NCBI GenBank assembly: GCA_030679985.1
Contig: JAUXSI010000028.1
Span: 1-61,738 of the forward strand
Direction of reading: 5' to 3'
Length of the DNA stretch: 61,738 nt
Source: Candidatus Moraniibacteriota bacterium
GTDB taxonomy: Bacteria; Patescibacteriota; Minisyncoccia; Moranbacterales; UBA2206
Under the pieces are notes generated by a model. It was not told the DNA's origin. It saw only the letters and a list, made by a program, of their open reading frames with translations, and searched no databases. This document shows, in pieces, positions 50,705 through 60,455 of the stretch; position 1 is the first letter of the stretch; each line of letters opens with the position of its first letter. The position numbers were made by a program, and so were the translations under genes.

Positions 50705-51259
50705 ATGCCGAATGAAATCATTCTCGTTGATAAAAAAGACCGGGTGGCCGGAGCCGCTTCCAAAATAGAAGTCCATCAGAAAGGAAAATTGCACCGGGCT
50801 TTTTCCATTTTCATCTTCAACCGGAAAGGAGAACTGCTTCTGCAACAGCGGGCTGATGGCAAATACCACTCCGGCGGACTCTGGACCAACACCTGCTGCG
50901 GACACCCGCGTCCCGGGGAAACGGTTGCTTCCGCCGCCCGCCGCAGGCTCCGGGAGGAAATGGGACTCGATTGCCAATTGACGAAAATATTCGATTTCAT
51001 CTACCGGGCCAAATTGGATAACGCTATGTGGGAATACGAATTCGACCATGTCCTGATCGGAAAATTCAACGGAAAACCGAAAATCAACCCCGCCGAAGCC
51101 GCGGCCTTCAAGTGGATCGACCGGAAATCCCTAGCTCGCGATATCCGGCAAGATCCGCGCGGATATACCCGGTGGTTCAAAAAATGCTACATCCAAGTTT
51201 TCAAGGCGACTAAGGATAAAACGCCCTTCAAGCAGATCAGCGACCCAGTACGAAATTAA
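50705..51259 (+). CDS. idi: Isopentenyl-diphosphate delta-isomerase type 1
   Basis: LHRAFS, LLQQR, WTNTCCGHP, RRLREEMG, EYEFDHV. Confidence 0.95.
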   Translation: MPNEIILVDKKDRVAGAASKIEVHQKGKLHRAFSIFIFNRKGELLLQQRADGKYHSGGLWTNTCCGHPRPGETVASAARRRLREEMGLDCQLTKIFDFIYRAKLDNAMWEYEFDHVLIGKFNGKPKINPAEAAAFKWIDRKSLARDIRQDPRGYTRWFKKCYIQVFKATKDKTPFKQISDPVRN

Positions 51260-52208
51260 AAAGATAGCCGGTAAATACGATGCCCGCGCCGACGATGCCC
51301 GCAAAAATAAGGATAAGCTTGATTTTCATCACTTTTTTGAGAATCATAAACTCCGGCAGCGAGAGCGCGGTGACGGCCATCATAAAAGCTAAAGCAGTTC
51401 CCATAGCGACGCCCTTTTCAGTTAATGCCCCGACGAGCGGAATTACCCCGGCCGCATTGGAATAGAGCGGGATGCCGATGAACACTGCCAATGGCACGGC
51501 ATACCACCTGTCCGCTCCGGCGTATTGCGCCAGGGCCGCAGTCGGCACATAACCATGGATCCACGCGCCGACGCCGACGCCGATAACGATATAGGGCCAA
51601 ACTTTTTTTATAATATCCCAAGTATAATTCTTGGCATACTTCACTCTTTCTTCCCAAGCCATTTCCGGCAACTGGAACTGGCCGTTGAGCTTGTTTTTAT
51701 AGACGAATTCTTCCACCAGATTTTCAACTTTCAATTTGCCGATAATGATTCCGGAAAAAATAGAGATGATAAGTCCGCTGACGATATAAAGCAAAGCGAT
51801 TTTCCAGCCAAACATTCCAAATAAAAGAACTAGCGCCACTTCATTGATCATTGGCGACGCGACTAAAAAAGAGAAGGTTGTCCCTAGCGGTACGCCAGCC
51901 TGTACAAAACCCAGAAATAACGGCACAGCCGAGCAAGAACAAAAGGGGGTGATGATCCCCAGAAACGATGCCAGAATATTGCCGACATATTTTTTTTCGT
52001 GCGAGAGGATATTTCTGATTTTTTCCGGAGGAAGAAACGAACGGATGATGGAAACGGTGAAAATAATCACAACCAGAAGCAGGAAAATCTTGATTGTGTC
52101 GTAAATGAAAAAATCGACCACTTCAGCCAATAGCGTCTTGGGCATGATTCCGAAAACGGAATACGTCAGCCAATCAGCCAATATTTGGACAGGATAAAAT
52201 ATGTTCAT
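51237..52208 (-). CDS. arsP: ArsP-family permease
   Basis: TPFCSCSAVP, GIPLYSNAAG, LSLPE. Confidence 0.85.
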   Translation of the reverse strand: MNIFYPVQILADWLTYSVFGIMPKTLLAEVVDFFIYDTIKIFLLLVVIIFTVSIIRSFLPPEKIRNILSHEKKYVGNILASFLGIITPFCSCSAVPLFLGFVQAGVPLGTTFSFLVASPMINEVALVLLFGMFGWKIALLYIVSGLIISIFSGIIIGKLKVENLVEEFVYKNKLNGQFQLPEMAWEERVKYAKNYTWDIIKKVWPYIVIGVGVGAWIHGYVPTAALAQYAGADRWYAVPLAVFIGIPLYSNAAGVIPLVGALTEKGVAMGTALAFMMAVTALSLPEFMILKKVMKIKLILIFAGIVGAGIVFTGYLFNFVLGR

Positions 52209-52308
52209 AAATGTTTTTAATTACAATAGTTGCAAGTTAATTTAGATTTTTCATATTCAGTCACGGAAACCATCTGGATAGTCGCGACGATTATGTTTTT
52301 ATTTTTCA

Positions 52309-53028
52309 TCAGGATAGATTGATTAAATATTTAACGAGATATCGGAGATAATAAATTCCAGTTATCATAAAAATAGCCGCCACGGAATAGCGCATCGCTT
52401 TTTCGATCTTACCCATCGCGTTATACATCTTGCCCACCTTCTCCACGCTGAACGCCAAAATGATTGAAAAGATTATCACTGGCAAGCCTGTTCCTAGAGC
52501 GAATAATGGAGGTAAAAGCAAGCTTTCACTTGATGATAAAACCAATGGGACGAGCATTCCAAAAAATAAAACTCCGCTATATGGACAAAACGCCAGAGCG
52601 AACAAAACTCCCAGAAGTAAAGTTCCGATATGCCCCTTAGTTGCCAGCCACTCCTTGGCTTTTTCCACTTTCCTACTTTTGGAACCGAAATTGATTTTTA
52701 TCACCCCGAACATAACGAGAGAAATCAAAATCAAAACGATTCCCAAAATTTTATCTCCCCAGCCCTGAAAAATACTGGCAATCGAAAAAGCCGAGAAACC
52801 GAAATAAATCAGCGTCGCCAAAAGCGTATAGCTCATTCCTCTTCCCAGCGTATAAATCAAACCGCTGACCAGCGTATGCTTGGGAGTTTTTATGTCTTTG
52901 GAAATATAGGCAATGGCAGTGATGTTGGTCGCCAAAGGACAAGGGCTGATGGAAGTCATCACGCCCAAAAGAAAAGCCGTGAAAAGCGGAAAATTATATT
53001 GGTCGATTAAGGCGTTTAAAAATTCCAT
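52309..53028 (-). CDS. arsG: ArsG-family aromatic arsenical permease (DsbD-like TM)
   Basis: ISPCPLATNI, ALAFCPYSG. Confidence 0.8.
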   Translation of the reverse strand: MEFLNALIDQYNFPLFTAFLLGVMTSISPCPLATNITAIAYISKDIKTPKHTLVSGLIYTLGRGMSYTLLATLIYFGFSAFSIASIFQGWGDKILGIVLILISLVMFGVIKINFGSKSRKVEKAKEWLATKGHIGTLLLGVLFALAFCPYSGVLFFGMLVPLVLSSSESLLLPPLFALGTGLPVIIFSIILAFSVEKVGKMYNAMGKIEKAMRYSVAAIFMITGIYYLRYLVKYLINLS

Positions 53029-53132
53029 TATACAAATTGATTTTTATTGGTTATTCCATGCAACAATCGATTGCACGCCTCACTAGCTCCCTCAACTTTC
53101 CGGTAAATCCGGTCGGGGGTCATTTTACTTAC

Positions 53133-53930
53133 TCAGTTTAATTTTTGCTTAAACAAATCAATGATGTCTTTTTCATTCGTATAGCATTTCCCGTCCGCCC
53201 AAAGAAACGGAACCCCGAATGCTTCAGGGTCGACATTGCACCGCATGGCGTCTTCTGCCATCTGTTCCGCATCAGTTTCATTTTTGTCAACATTTTTTTC
53301 TTCAAAAGCCATTTTTTCTTTCACGCCATTGTCCGCCAAATATTTTTGAATATTAACGCAATTTGGGCAATTATCTCCGGAATAAAAAGTGATGTTCATT
53401 TTTTCCATCTCTTTTTGAGTTCCAGCGGAAACCGTTTCGCCGATCATCCCTCGCAATTTTTTGGACAGATAATCGGAAAGAGCCTTCTGGTCTCCTAAAA
53501 GCCTCCAGGCCTGCGCCTCTTCTTGGATGTTGTCTTGGCCGTCAATGATGGCATTCAAAAACAGCGAGGTGCCGGCTGCTTGGAATTTGGCCGCCACTGC
53601 TTTGTTCTCCGGCAAATCCACGTTTATTTCCCTGAACTCAAGTTTACCGCTTTTAATTTCCGTCTGGAAGGATTCATCAACCATCGTCTTGATATATTGC
53701 CCCATCGTTATGCAGGAATAACAACGGTTAGTGGAGTGAAATTCATATATCTGGACTTTCTCCGCCGGTTTGGTTTGTCGAACTTCCGCTGCTCCGGAAT
53801 TGTCCGCTTGCACGTTCGCATCAGTATCGATTGATTCGGTCTTTTTGTCCGGTCCGACGCTTATATAAATGAGCGCAATAGCAAAAAATAACACTCCCCC
53901 ATAAAGCAAATATATTCCTAACTTTTTCAT
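53133..53930 (-). CDS. ArsF-like thioredoxin-fold protein fused to glutaredoxin-like domain
   Basis: FHSTNRCYSC; second domain CPNC...GVPFL. Confidence 0.75.
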   Translation of the reverse strand: MKKLGIYLLYGGVLFFAIALIYISVGPDKKTESIDTDANVQADNSGAAEVRQTKPAEKVQIYEFHSTNRCYSCITMGQYIKTMVDESFQTEIKSGKLEFREINVDLPENKAVAAKFQAAGTSLFLNAIIDGQDNIQEEAQAWRLLGDQKALSDYLSKKLRGMIGETVSAGTQKEMEKMNITFYSGDNCPNCVNIQKYLADNGVKEKMAFEEKNVDKNETDAEQMAEDAMRCNVDPEAFGVPFLWADGKCYTNEKDIIDLFKQKLN

Positions 53931-53955
53931 AGAATGGTCTTATTCCGATGATTAT

Positions 53956-54249
53956 TTAACAATTTCCGCCACAAGAACAAATCCCTACGGAATCATCAGT
54001 AGGCTTATTATCCGCGAACATCTTCCTAAGCTCCTCTACGCCAGGCACCATCCCAGCCACCAATACCTTTTCATCCACCACGAGTGCCGGTGTGCTCATA
54101 ATTCCATAGCCCATAATATCTTCGATTCGGGTAACTTTTTCAACGACTGCCTCCATCTTCAGTTCCTCCAGGGCTCGCTTGGTGTTTTGTTCCAATCGTT
54201 GGCAGTTAGGGCATCCGGTGCCCAGAATTTTGATGTTCATTTGGTTCAT
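53956..54249 (-). CDS. MTH895/ArsE-family small thioredoxin
   Basis: IKILGTGCPNC, YGIMSTPALVVD. Confidence 0.85.
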   Translation of the reverse strand: MNQMNIKILGTGCPNCQRLEQNTKRALEELKMEAVVEKVTRIEDIMGYGIMSTPALVVDEKVLVAGMVPGVEELRKMFADNKPTDDSVGICSCGGNC

Positions 54250-54566
54250 TTGATTATTTGATTAAAAAATTTCTTGTATTTCCTGATAGTTTTCCTATCC
54301 AAGCTGTAGCGGACAAACTTACCTTCCCGTTTTTCAACCAGAAGTCCGATGGCTTTCAAATGTTTGAGATGATGTGAAGCCAACTTATCCGATATGCCGA
54401 CGGCCGGAACGATCTCGCAAACGCACTTCGGACCGGTTTGCAAGATACAAAGGATTTTCAGCCTATTGGAATCCGAAACGGCGCGCAAAAAAGCGTATGT
54501 TTTGCCGACATTTTCCGCTTCAGTTGAATTTTTCGCGCAACATCTGAATTCCATAGGGCGTATCAT
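54246..54566 (-). CDS. arsR: ArsR/SmtB regulator
   Basis: NRLKIL, CVCE box, SHHLKHL. Confidence 0.9.
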   Translation of the reverse strand: MIRPMEFRCCAKNSTEAENVGKTYAFLRAVSDSNRLKILCILQTGPKCVCEIVPAVGISDKLASHHLKHLKAIGLLVEKREGKFVRYSLDRKTIRKYKKFFNQIIK

Positions 54567-54593
54567 CCTAATTTATATTAGAATGATACGCCC
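54556..54593. promoter_or_regulatory. Putative ArsR operator
   Basis: GGGCGTATCAT.CTAAT / ATTAG.ATGATACGCCC palindrome overlapping the -10 of TTGACA-17-TATCAT. Confidence 0.75.
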
Positions 54594-54695
54594 GCCTGGC
54601 TGATATGTCAACAATCCGGACGGCGGCATCCGCACGCTTTCCCGGATAAAAAAAATACCACCCGGAACGGGTGGTATTTTTATGATGGAAACGGT

Positions 54696-55085
54696 TTATT
54701 CCGGTTTCCAATCCGTCGCCTGCATCAAGGCGAAGCGGTTGCCTTCCGTATCCTTGGCGCTCGCGAACCAACCGACGCCCTTAAGCTCGCTCTTTTCCCG
54801 CGTAATCGTTCCGCCGTTGGCTTTGACGGCCTCGACCGCTTTGTCGATATCCGGAACCAAGACCGTACCGTCGTAAGTATACAGCCTGTCGTCCGCCGGC
54901 CGTTTATACATACCGCCGCTGATGCCCGGACCAGTACCGGTGTCCAACATCCAATAATCCATCATATCGCCCTTTTCCGCCGACATAGCCGGCATTACCT
55001 TCCAACCCAAGACGGCTTCGTAAAACTTCTTGGCGCGCTCCACATCGTCCGCCTGGATCTCAAAATGTATTACCCTGTTGCCCAT
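54696..55085 (-). CDS. VOC/glyoxalase family protein
   Basis: VIHFEI, AKKFY, DTEGN. Confidence 0.88.
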   Translation of the reverse strand: MGNRVIHFEIQADDVERAKKFYEAVLGWKVMPAMSAEKGDMMDYWMLDTGTGPGISGGMYKRPADDRLYTYDGTVLVPDIDKAVEAVKANGGTITREKSELKGVGWFASAKDTEGNRFALMQATDWKPE

Positions 55086-55250
55086 ATGTTTATAATTAAT
55101 ATTTATATAATTATTACAGACTCGCCGGGGAAATACTTCCATCCGGACACTTGCCGCGCAGCGGGAGAAAAAATCAGACCGCCCGGTTTCCTATCAGCAA
55201 AAAAACCGCCGGCAAGAGCGGTTTTTTTATGGTTATCCCGGGATAGATGG

Positions 55251-55916
55251 TTATCGGAAAAGCCTCACTGCCCAACCGAACAAGCTGAATTTATTTTCAT
55301 TCCGGGCGATAAAATCATCCAGATTCGCCTGCGCCTGCTCCATCATCCGGATTTGCGCCTGCAACTCGACCTTATCCTGTTCAGCAACCGCCTTGTCAGT
55401 CAATCGCTTCAATTGTCCGATTTGCTCCCTGGATTGGACCGTCTGGCCCCGCAATTCCCCTAAATTCCGATAGCTCGTGCCTATGAAGAATGTTTTAATA
55501 TCACTTCTGTTCTCAACGGCATATATCAAATCGGCCGCCCTGTCCTTCACATTATTTTGCTGTTGGGCGATGACCCTCACCTCCTGCCCGATTCCACCAT
55601 CCCTGTCGGCTACCGCCAACAAGCCTTGCACGAAAGCGGCCACCGCGCCCCTGTGCGTTTCGGCGCTGTCCTGCGTCTTATTTTCTTTTTCATTCATCAC
55701 CTTGACCTCGTTCCGTTCTTGGGTTTGGATCTGGACATTTTCCCCTTGGTTTTGCACTGCGTTTTTCTCCTGGACTTGGACGGCGCTTCCGGCTTGACCC
55801 GTCTGGGAAACACCTGACTCCGGTTTCGAGCCTTGGCCAGGATTCGTACTTGCCGCTTGGGTTTGGACGGCCACTCCAAACATCAGGAAAAAAGCAATCA
55901 ACAGCGTTTTTTTCAT
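55251..55916 (-). CDS. Secreted Gln-rich helical hypothetical protein
   Basis: Signal peptide, QxQ repeats, C-terminal FSLFGW. Confidence 0.7.
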   Translation of the reverse strand: MKKTLLIAFFLMFGVAVQTQAASTNPGQGSKPESGVSQTGQAGSAVQVQEKNAVQNQGENVQIQTQERNEVKVMNEKENKTQDSAETHRGAVAAFVQGLLAVADRDGGIGQEVRVIAQQQNNVKDRAADLIYAVENRSDIKTFFIGTSYRNLGELRGQTVQSREQIGQLKRLTDKAVAEQDKVELQAQIRMMEQAQANLDDFIARNENKFSLFGWAVRLFR

Positions 55917-56116
55917 CGTTTTTTCTTAATTGTTTATGGTTTTAATTATACCACAAGTTGCCCGATCAGACCTATCCGTTTTTTCTTCCGGATTTTTTTT
56001 GGCAACGCCGTCGATCGCCAGCCCTACGACAAAAACAGCCTCCGGTTGGATTTTAAAACCGACCGGACTCCGCAAAAACGCCTTCGCCCCGAAGCCAAAC
56101 CGCGATAGCGGCCGCT

Positions 56117-56503
56117 TCAGAGCAATTGATTGATCTGTATGAGATTCCCGCATGAATCATTAAGGACGGCGATGATCGACCCCGTCACTTTTGTCGGCGG
56201 CATGGTAAATTCCACCCCCAGCCCTTTCAATTTTTCATACTCTTTTTGAATATCTTCAACAAAGAACGCCGTGGCAGGGATTCCTTGCTTGAAAATCGCT
56301 TCCTGATATGTTTTGGCGGCAGGGTTATTATTAGGCTCAAGAAGAAGCTCGGTCCCCTCCTGTTGCTCAGGCGAAACGACGGTCAGCCAGCGGTACTCGC
56401 CGACGGAAACATCATTCTTCTTCACAAAACCCAGGATCTCCGTATAGAACTTCAACGCTTTTGCCTGATCGTTCACGAACACGCTAGTGACTTTGATTTT
56501 CAT
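56117..56503 (-). CDS. VOC/glyoxalase family protein
   Basis: DQAKALKFYTEILGF, DSCGNLIQ. Confidence 0.9.
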   Translation of the reverse strand: MKIKVTSVFVNDQAKALKFYTEILGFVKKNDVSVGEYRWLTVVSPEQQEGTELLLEPNNNPAAKTYQEAIFKQGIPATAFFVEDIQKEYEKLKGLGVEFTMPPTKVTGSIIAVLNDSCGNLIQINQLL

Positions 56504-56596
56504 AAGCTTTTTTTTAAATTATTATTCTTGCGCGGAAAATTACGCATCAACAAAAAACGCAAAAAGTAAAAACCCTATTTGCCGATGCCGTCGCTC

Positions 56597-57112
56597 CTAA
56601 GCTTTTTTCAAGTCTTCAATCACGATTTTGCCCATCTTAAGCATCGCTTGCATGGCTTTTTCAGCTTTCTCAGGATCGGGATCTTGCAACAATTCACCGA
56701 GAACGGCGGGAACCACTTGCCAGGACAGGCCGAACTTATCCTTGAGCCATCCGCATATCTGCGCCTTCGGATCCCCGCCTGCGGACAATTTTTCCCAAAA
56801 ATAATCGATTTCCTCCTGCGATTCGCAATCCACGACGAACGATACCGCTTCGCTGAACTTGAAATCCGGGCCGCCGTTAATGGCGATGAATTTCTGGCCG
56901 TCCAGCTCGAATTCGACCGTCATCACGCTGCCTGCTGGTTTGCCGGACACTTCTTCGGCCGCTTTGGGATAGCGGGTCACCTTGCCGACCTTGGAATTCC
57001 TTCCTCTCGCGGAAAATACGGAAACATAGAAATTTGCCGCCTCCTCGGCCTGGCTTTCAAACCATAGGCACGGCGTGATTTTTTGTTTGTTCTGCAGTTG
57101 TTGAGTGGACAT
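56597..57112 (-). CDS. VOC family, PhnB/3-demethylubiquinone methyltransferase-like
   Basis: ITPCLWF, NGGP, CGWLKDKFGLSWQV. Confidence 0.9.
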   Translation of the reverse strand: MSTQQLQNKQKITPCLWFESQAEEAANFYVSVFSARGRNSKVGKVTRYPKAAEEVSGKPAGSVMTVEFELDGQKFIAINGGPDFKFSEAVSFVVDCESQEEIDYFWEKLSAGGDPKAQICGWLKDKFGLSWQVVPAVLGELLQDPDPEKAEKAMQAMLKMGKIVIEDLKKA

Positions 57113-57179
57113 ATGTTTGTTCTTAAAAAATTAAATGGGTCCGATAGAGCAGGCCGCACGGCATCAATCCCGGGAAGGA

Positions 57180-57779
57180 TCAAAACGATCCCGTTTCCAC
57201 GTCACCCGCGCGCTTGTAATTGGCGAAAATGACTCCGCTCGGCGAAGTCGAGCTTTGAATCAGCTTGAACGCCGCGGGAATCGTGCCTTCAGCAAACAAA
57301 CGCTTTCCTTGTCCGAGCGTTATGGGAAAAATTTTAAGCCACAACTCATCGACTAAATCGTGCTTGAAAAGGGTTTGCAATAAATTACCACTGCCGTAAA
57401 CATACAGGTCGGGGCCATCCTCGCTTTTGAGCTTCCTCACCTCTCCGCTGACATCGCCCGCAAGAAGCACCGAATTCTCCCACTCAAGCTTGATCGAGGA
57501 GTCATGGGACGCGACATACTTTCTAGCCTCATTGATGCCGGGCCATCCAGCGGCATGGTGCGGCCAATAACCCGCGAATATTTCATACGTCTTCAAACCG
57601 AGAAGCAAGCTGAAAGGCCCTGCCATCTGTTCACCCATAATCTTACCCGCAAAGTCGTCGAAATACGGCACGGTCCATCCGCCATATTTGAAACCGCCGG
57701 ACGTGTCTTCTTCCGGCCCGCCGGGCGCCTGCATGACGCCATCCAGGGTGACAAAGGTCGTAGCTATTATTTTTCTCAT
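57180..57779 (-). CDS. Dihydrofolate reductase (RibD C-terminal) family protein
   Basis: TLDGVMQAPGG, GSGNL, LVDE, GQGKRLF. Confidence 0.9.
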   Translation of the reverse strand: MRKIIATTFVTLDGVMQAPGGPEEDTSGGFKYGGWTVPYFDDFAGKIMGEQMAGPFSLLLGLKTYEIFAGYWPHHAAGWPGINEARKYVASHDSSIKLEWENSVLLAGDVSGEVRKLKSEDGPDLYVYGSGNLLQTLFKHDLVDELWLKIFPITLGQGKRLFAEGTIPAAFKLIQSSTSPSGVIFANYKRAGDVETGSF

Positions 57780-58056
57780 ACGTTTTCATTAACTTATTGA
57801 TACAGTTAATACATCCGTCGGTGGCAATAATTCCCCCTATCCCTCCTCAAGCGACCGGTTTTTTAAGACTTGCGAATGGAAGCGAAAAAAACGCCCGCAA
57901 GGAACGTTTCTTTTTTACTCCAAACCCCGAAGAAGATTAGGATCTTATTCATAAAATTATTTGAAAAAATAAATAAACTCGTCTGGGTTAAAAAAAGCCC
58001 GCCAGAAGGAAAGATTCCTGCCGACGGGCTACTTGGTCAAGGGCGTGTCTAACGTC

Positions 58057-58500
58057 TCAAGGAGTGATTGTCTCGAGATGATCGAGACTTTCTTGAAAGT
58101 CCCTGAGCCTCTGCTCCGCATACCAATCCGGGTGCGCAGTGCAGTAGGCCATCAACCTGCGGAAGAAATCCCTTCTGAGCCGAAGGTATTCGTCCTGCAG
58201 ATCAGCAGGCACGAGCGTCAACTCATACCTGAGAGCCCTGAGACAACTGCCGGGACACTCCGCAAGCTCCTCAAACTCCATAATCTCATGGAGCACTTGA
58301 GGTCCGCGGAACAGCTCCGGAACATCCTCGGAAATGAAGAAGAATCTCTCCCCACCCTCCTTGAAGCAACCCACGAAACCCGGCAGTTCCTTATTCACAC
58401 TCCCTGAAAGGACTGCATAAAGGATGACTTCCCCCTGAAACGTTACGGCGCCGTAGCCGATGGCATTGCTTTGGATCATTTTGGGCCAGTTTTTTTCCAT
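58057..58500 (-). CDS. Hypothetical protein with HExxE motif
   Basis: GAGGAG SD; VLHEIME. Confidence 0.65.
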   Translation of the reverse strand: MEKNWPKMIQSNAIGYGAVTFQGEVILYAVLSGSVNKELPGFVGCFKEGGERFFFISEDVPELFRGPQVLHEIMEFEELAECPGSCLRALRYELTLVPADLQDEYLRLRRDFFRRLMAYCTAHPDWYAEQRLRDFQESLDHLETITP

Positions 58501-58705
58501 TTTTTTCTCCTCGCGTTGGTGTTAAGAGTAGGGACTGTAAAATTCGAAGGAACAAACAAAAATAGCACGCGTAGTGCCACTTGTCAATATCTCAAAAATA
58601 ATAATTTGCCGTTTATAACCAGCGAAGATCGCTCGACCAAACGCTTATTTTTTAAAATAAAAACGGGCAGGGACTTGATTTAAGCCCCTGCCCGCTCCAC
58701 ATTTT

Positions 58706-59059
58706 TTACCGATTCATATCCTCCCTGTTTAATGATGTCGGCTGGATCTGTTTGCTTGGTTTCTGGGGGTATTTTTTAAAAACCCATCCGCAGCAACCGT
58801 AGTCATAGCGGCGCTCGATCCACCAATCCTCCCCGACAATAATCAAATTTTGGGGAAGTTTGTCATCCGCGAAGATCTCCTCGCCGTCGTAATCATACTT
58901 GGCAGCCAAAGCTTCGAAATCAACCCATTCGAAACATATTGACTCTGGAAATCCCCATCCTTCGAATACGCGGTTAACAGCTCCGACCCAAAGAATGTCT
59001 GAGGGGCGCTTTCCATTATTATCGAGACACTGGAGTGTTTCTTCTAATAAATTTTTCAT
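58706..59059 (-). CDS. Hypothetical, phage-like protein
   Basis: GGAGG SD; NLLEET...IVGEDWWIER pattern reminiscent of small phage proteins. Confidence 0.55.
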   Translation of the reverse strand: MKNLLEETLQCLDNNGKRPSDILWVGAVNRVFEGWGFPESICFEWVDFEALAAKYDYDGEEIFADDKLPQNLIIVGEDWWIERRYDYGCCGWVFKKYPQKPSKQIQPTSLNREDMNR

Positions 59060-59205
59060 CCTACCCTCCTTGATGTGTTTATCTTGTAAGATAAGCGGTT
59101 GTTAAAAATGTTCTCCTACAAAATCACAAACAAAATTTGCGACCTTGATAAGAGCAGGCAAGGAAGTCAGATGCGACTCCCTTGCCCGGACTGCCAAAAA
59201 AAGTC

Positions 59206-59526
59206 CTAGTCCTTGATAGCTTCCGCGGACTTTCCTAAAGCAATGCCTTGGCCATATCGCTTGCCCGCCTCAAAGATCTCCCCGATAAGTTCCCCGAGTT
59301 CAATTGAAAACTCAGTGTCTCCGTCATAATCACGGATAGCCCAAAGGATTTTTCCAAGTTTGCTGTCTTCCGAAAAAGTTTTTTTAAAAACAAATTGGTT
59401 TTTACTTCCATCTTCCTTCCACACATCCGCATCAAGCACCTCCGCCGCCTCCTCTTCGGTTTCACAATTATAGAGCGGGTTAAGCAATGCAACCACGGAA
59501 CCTGTTTCAAAAATGACAATGTCCAT
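59206..59526 (-). CDS. Hypothetical acidic protein
   Basis: AAGGAG SD. Confidence 0.6.
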   Translation of the reverse strand: MDIVIFETGSVVALLNPLYNCETEEEAAEVLDADVWKEDGSKNQFVFKKTFSEDSKLGKILWAIRDYDGDTEFSIELGELIGEIFEAGKRYGQGIALGKSAEAIKD

Positions 59527-59650
59527 AGAACTTTCTCCTTGTAGTTATGGGCTTATACCCGCTTTATATTGGACTACTCTGTGAAAAATCAACATTCAGA
59601 AGAAGAGCCGCCAAGCACGACGCGCGGCCAATTCTCCTGAATATTCCCTA

Positions 59651-60229
59651 CTATGCCACTGACTTAGCGACAACAACGATCGCCCTCGCGATCTCGCGCG
59701 CCTCAATGGCCTTGAAACCATTCGCATCCAAGATTCTTTCCAAATCAGCTAGCGATCTGAAAAGGATTTTATGGTCCGGAGTGAATTCGCCCAGATATTT
59801 TTCCTTGGGAACAGCTACGACGAGCTGGCCGTCACGCTTCAAGACCCGTGAAATGTCCGCCAAGATTTCCGTCGGATTCACAAAATGCTCGAGGACATGC
59901 GAAAGCACAATTGCATCCACAGACCTATCTTCCACTGGAATCTTGGCTCCGCTAACTCCATACATAAATTTCACCCCGCTCCCCAAATTCCTAATCTTAG
60001 CCAGAATGGCCACTGCCCTGCTCTTGTTCGTGTCTATGCCGATAGCATGAGTGACATTTCCCACGAGGGCTATTTTGCCGGTTAGATAGCCGGCATTACA
60101 GCCAATTTCGATTACAGTACCGCTCAAGCCCTGAATAAAGCCCTGCAATATCCGCAACTCTTCGCGACGGTTGATTCGTTGTGAGATTTCAGTTTTGACT
60201 GCGATATATAAGCTATTGTAATATCCCAT
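59651..60229 (-). CDS. Class I SAM-dependent methyltransferase
   Basis: VIEIGCNAG, SHVLEH, RVLKRDG. Confidence 0.88.
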   Translation of the reverse strand: MGYYNSLYIAVKTEISQRINRREELRILQGFIQGLSGTVIEIGCNAGYLTGKIALVGNVTHAIGIDTNKSRAVAILAKIRNLGSGVKFMYGVSGAKIPVEDRSVDAIVLSHVLEHFVNPTEILADISRVLKRDGQLVVAVPKEKYLGEFTPDHKILFRSLADLERILDANGFKAIEAREIARAIVVVAKSVA

Positions 60230-60455
60230 GACATTTCCCCTTATTGAGTTGTTAATTTACTTCCAATCTCCTAAAAACATTCTACATGCTTAGTTCAAAA
60301 AGTGAACCAATTTAAAAAAAGTCGCTTTTTTATATAAAGTTATTTGATATAATTTACTTTGTTTAAGCCAAGATTTAAGATTTTACAAGTCCGATATTTC
60401 TGTTGACAAAATGGACAACTATTGATAATATTCGAGTAGGTTTGAATCATTCAAT

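Noticed and set aside
58057..59526. Prophage
   Set aside because: Only a few small ORFans; no integrase, terminase or structural genes
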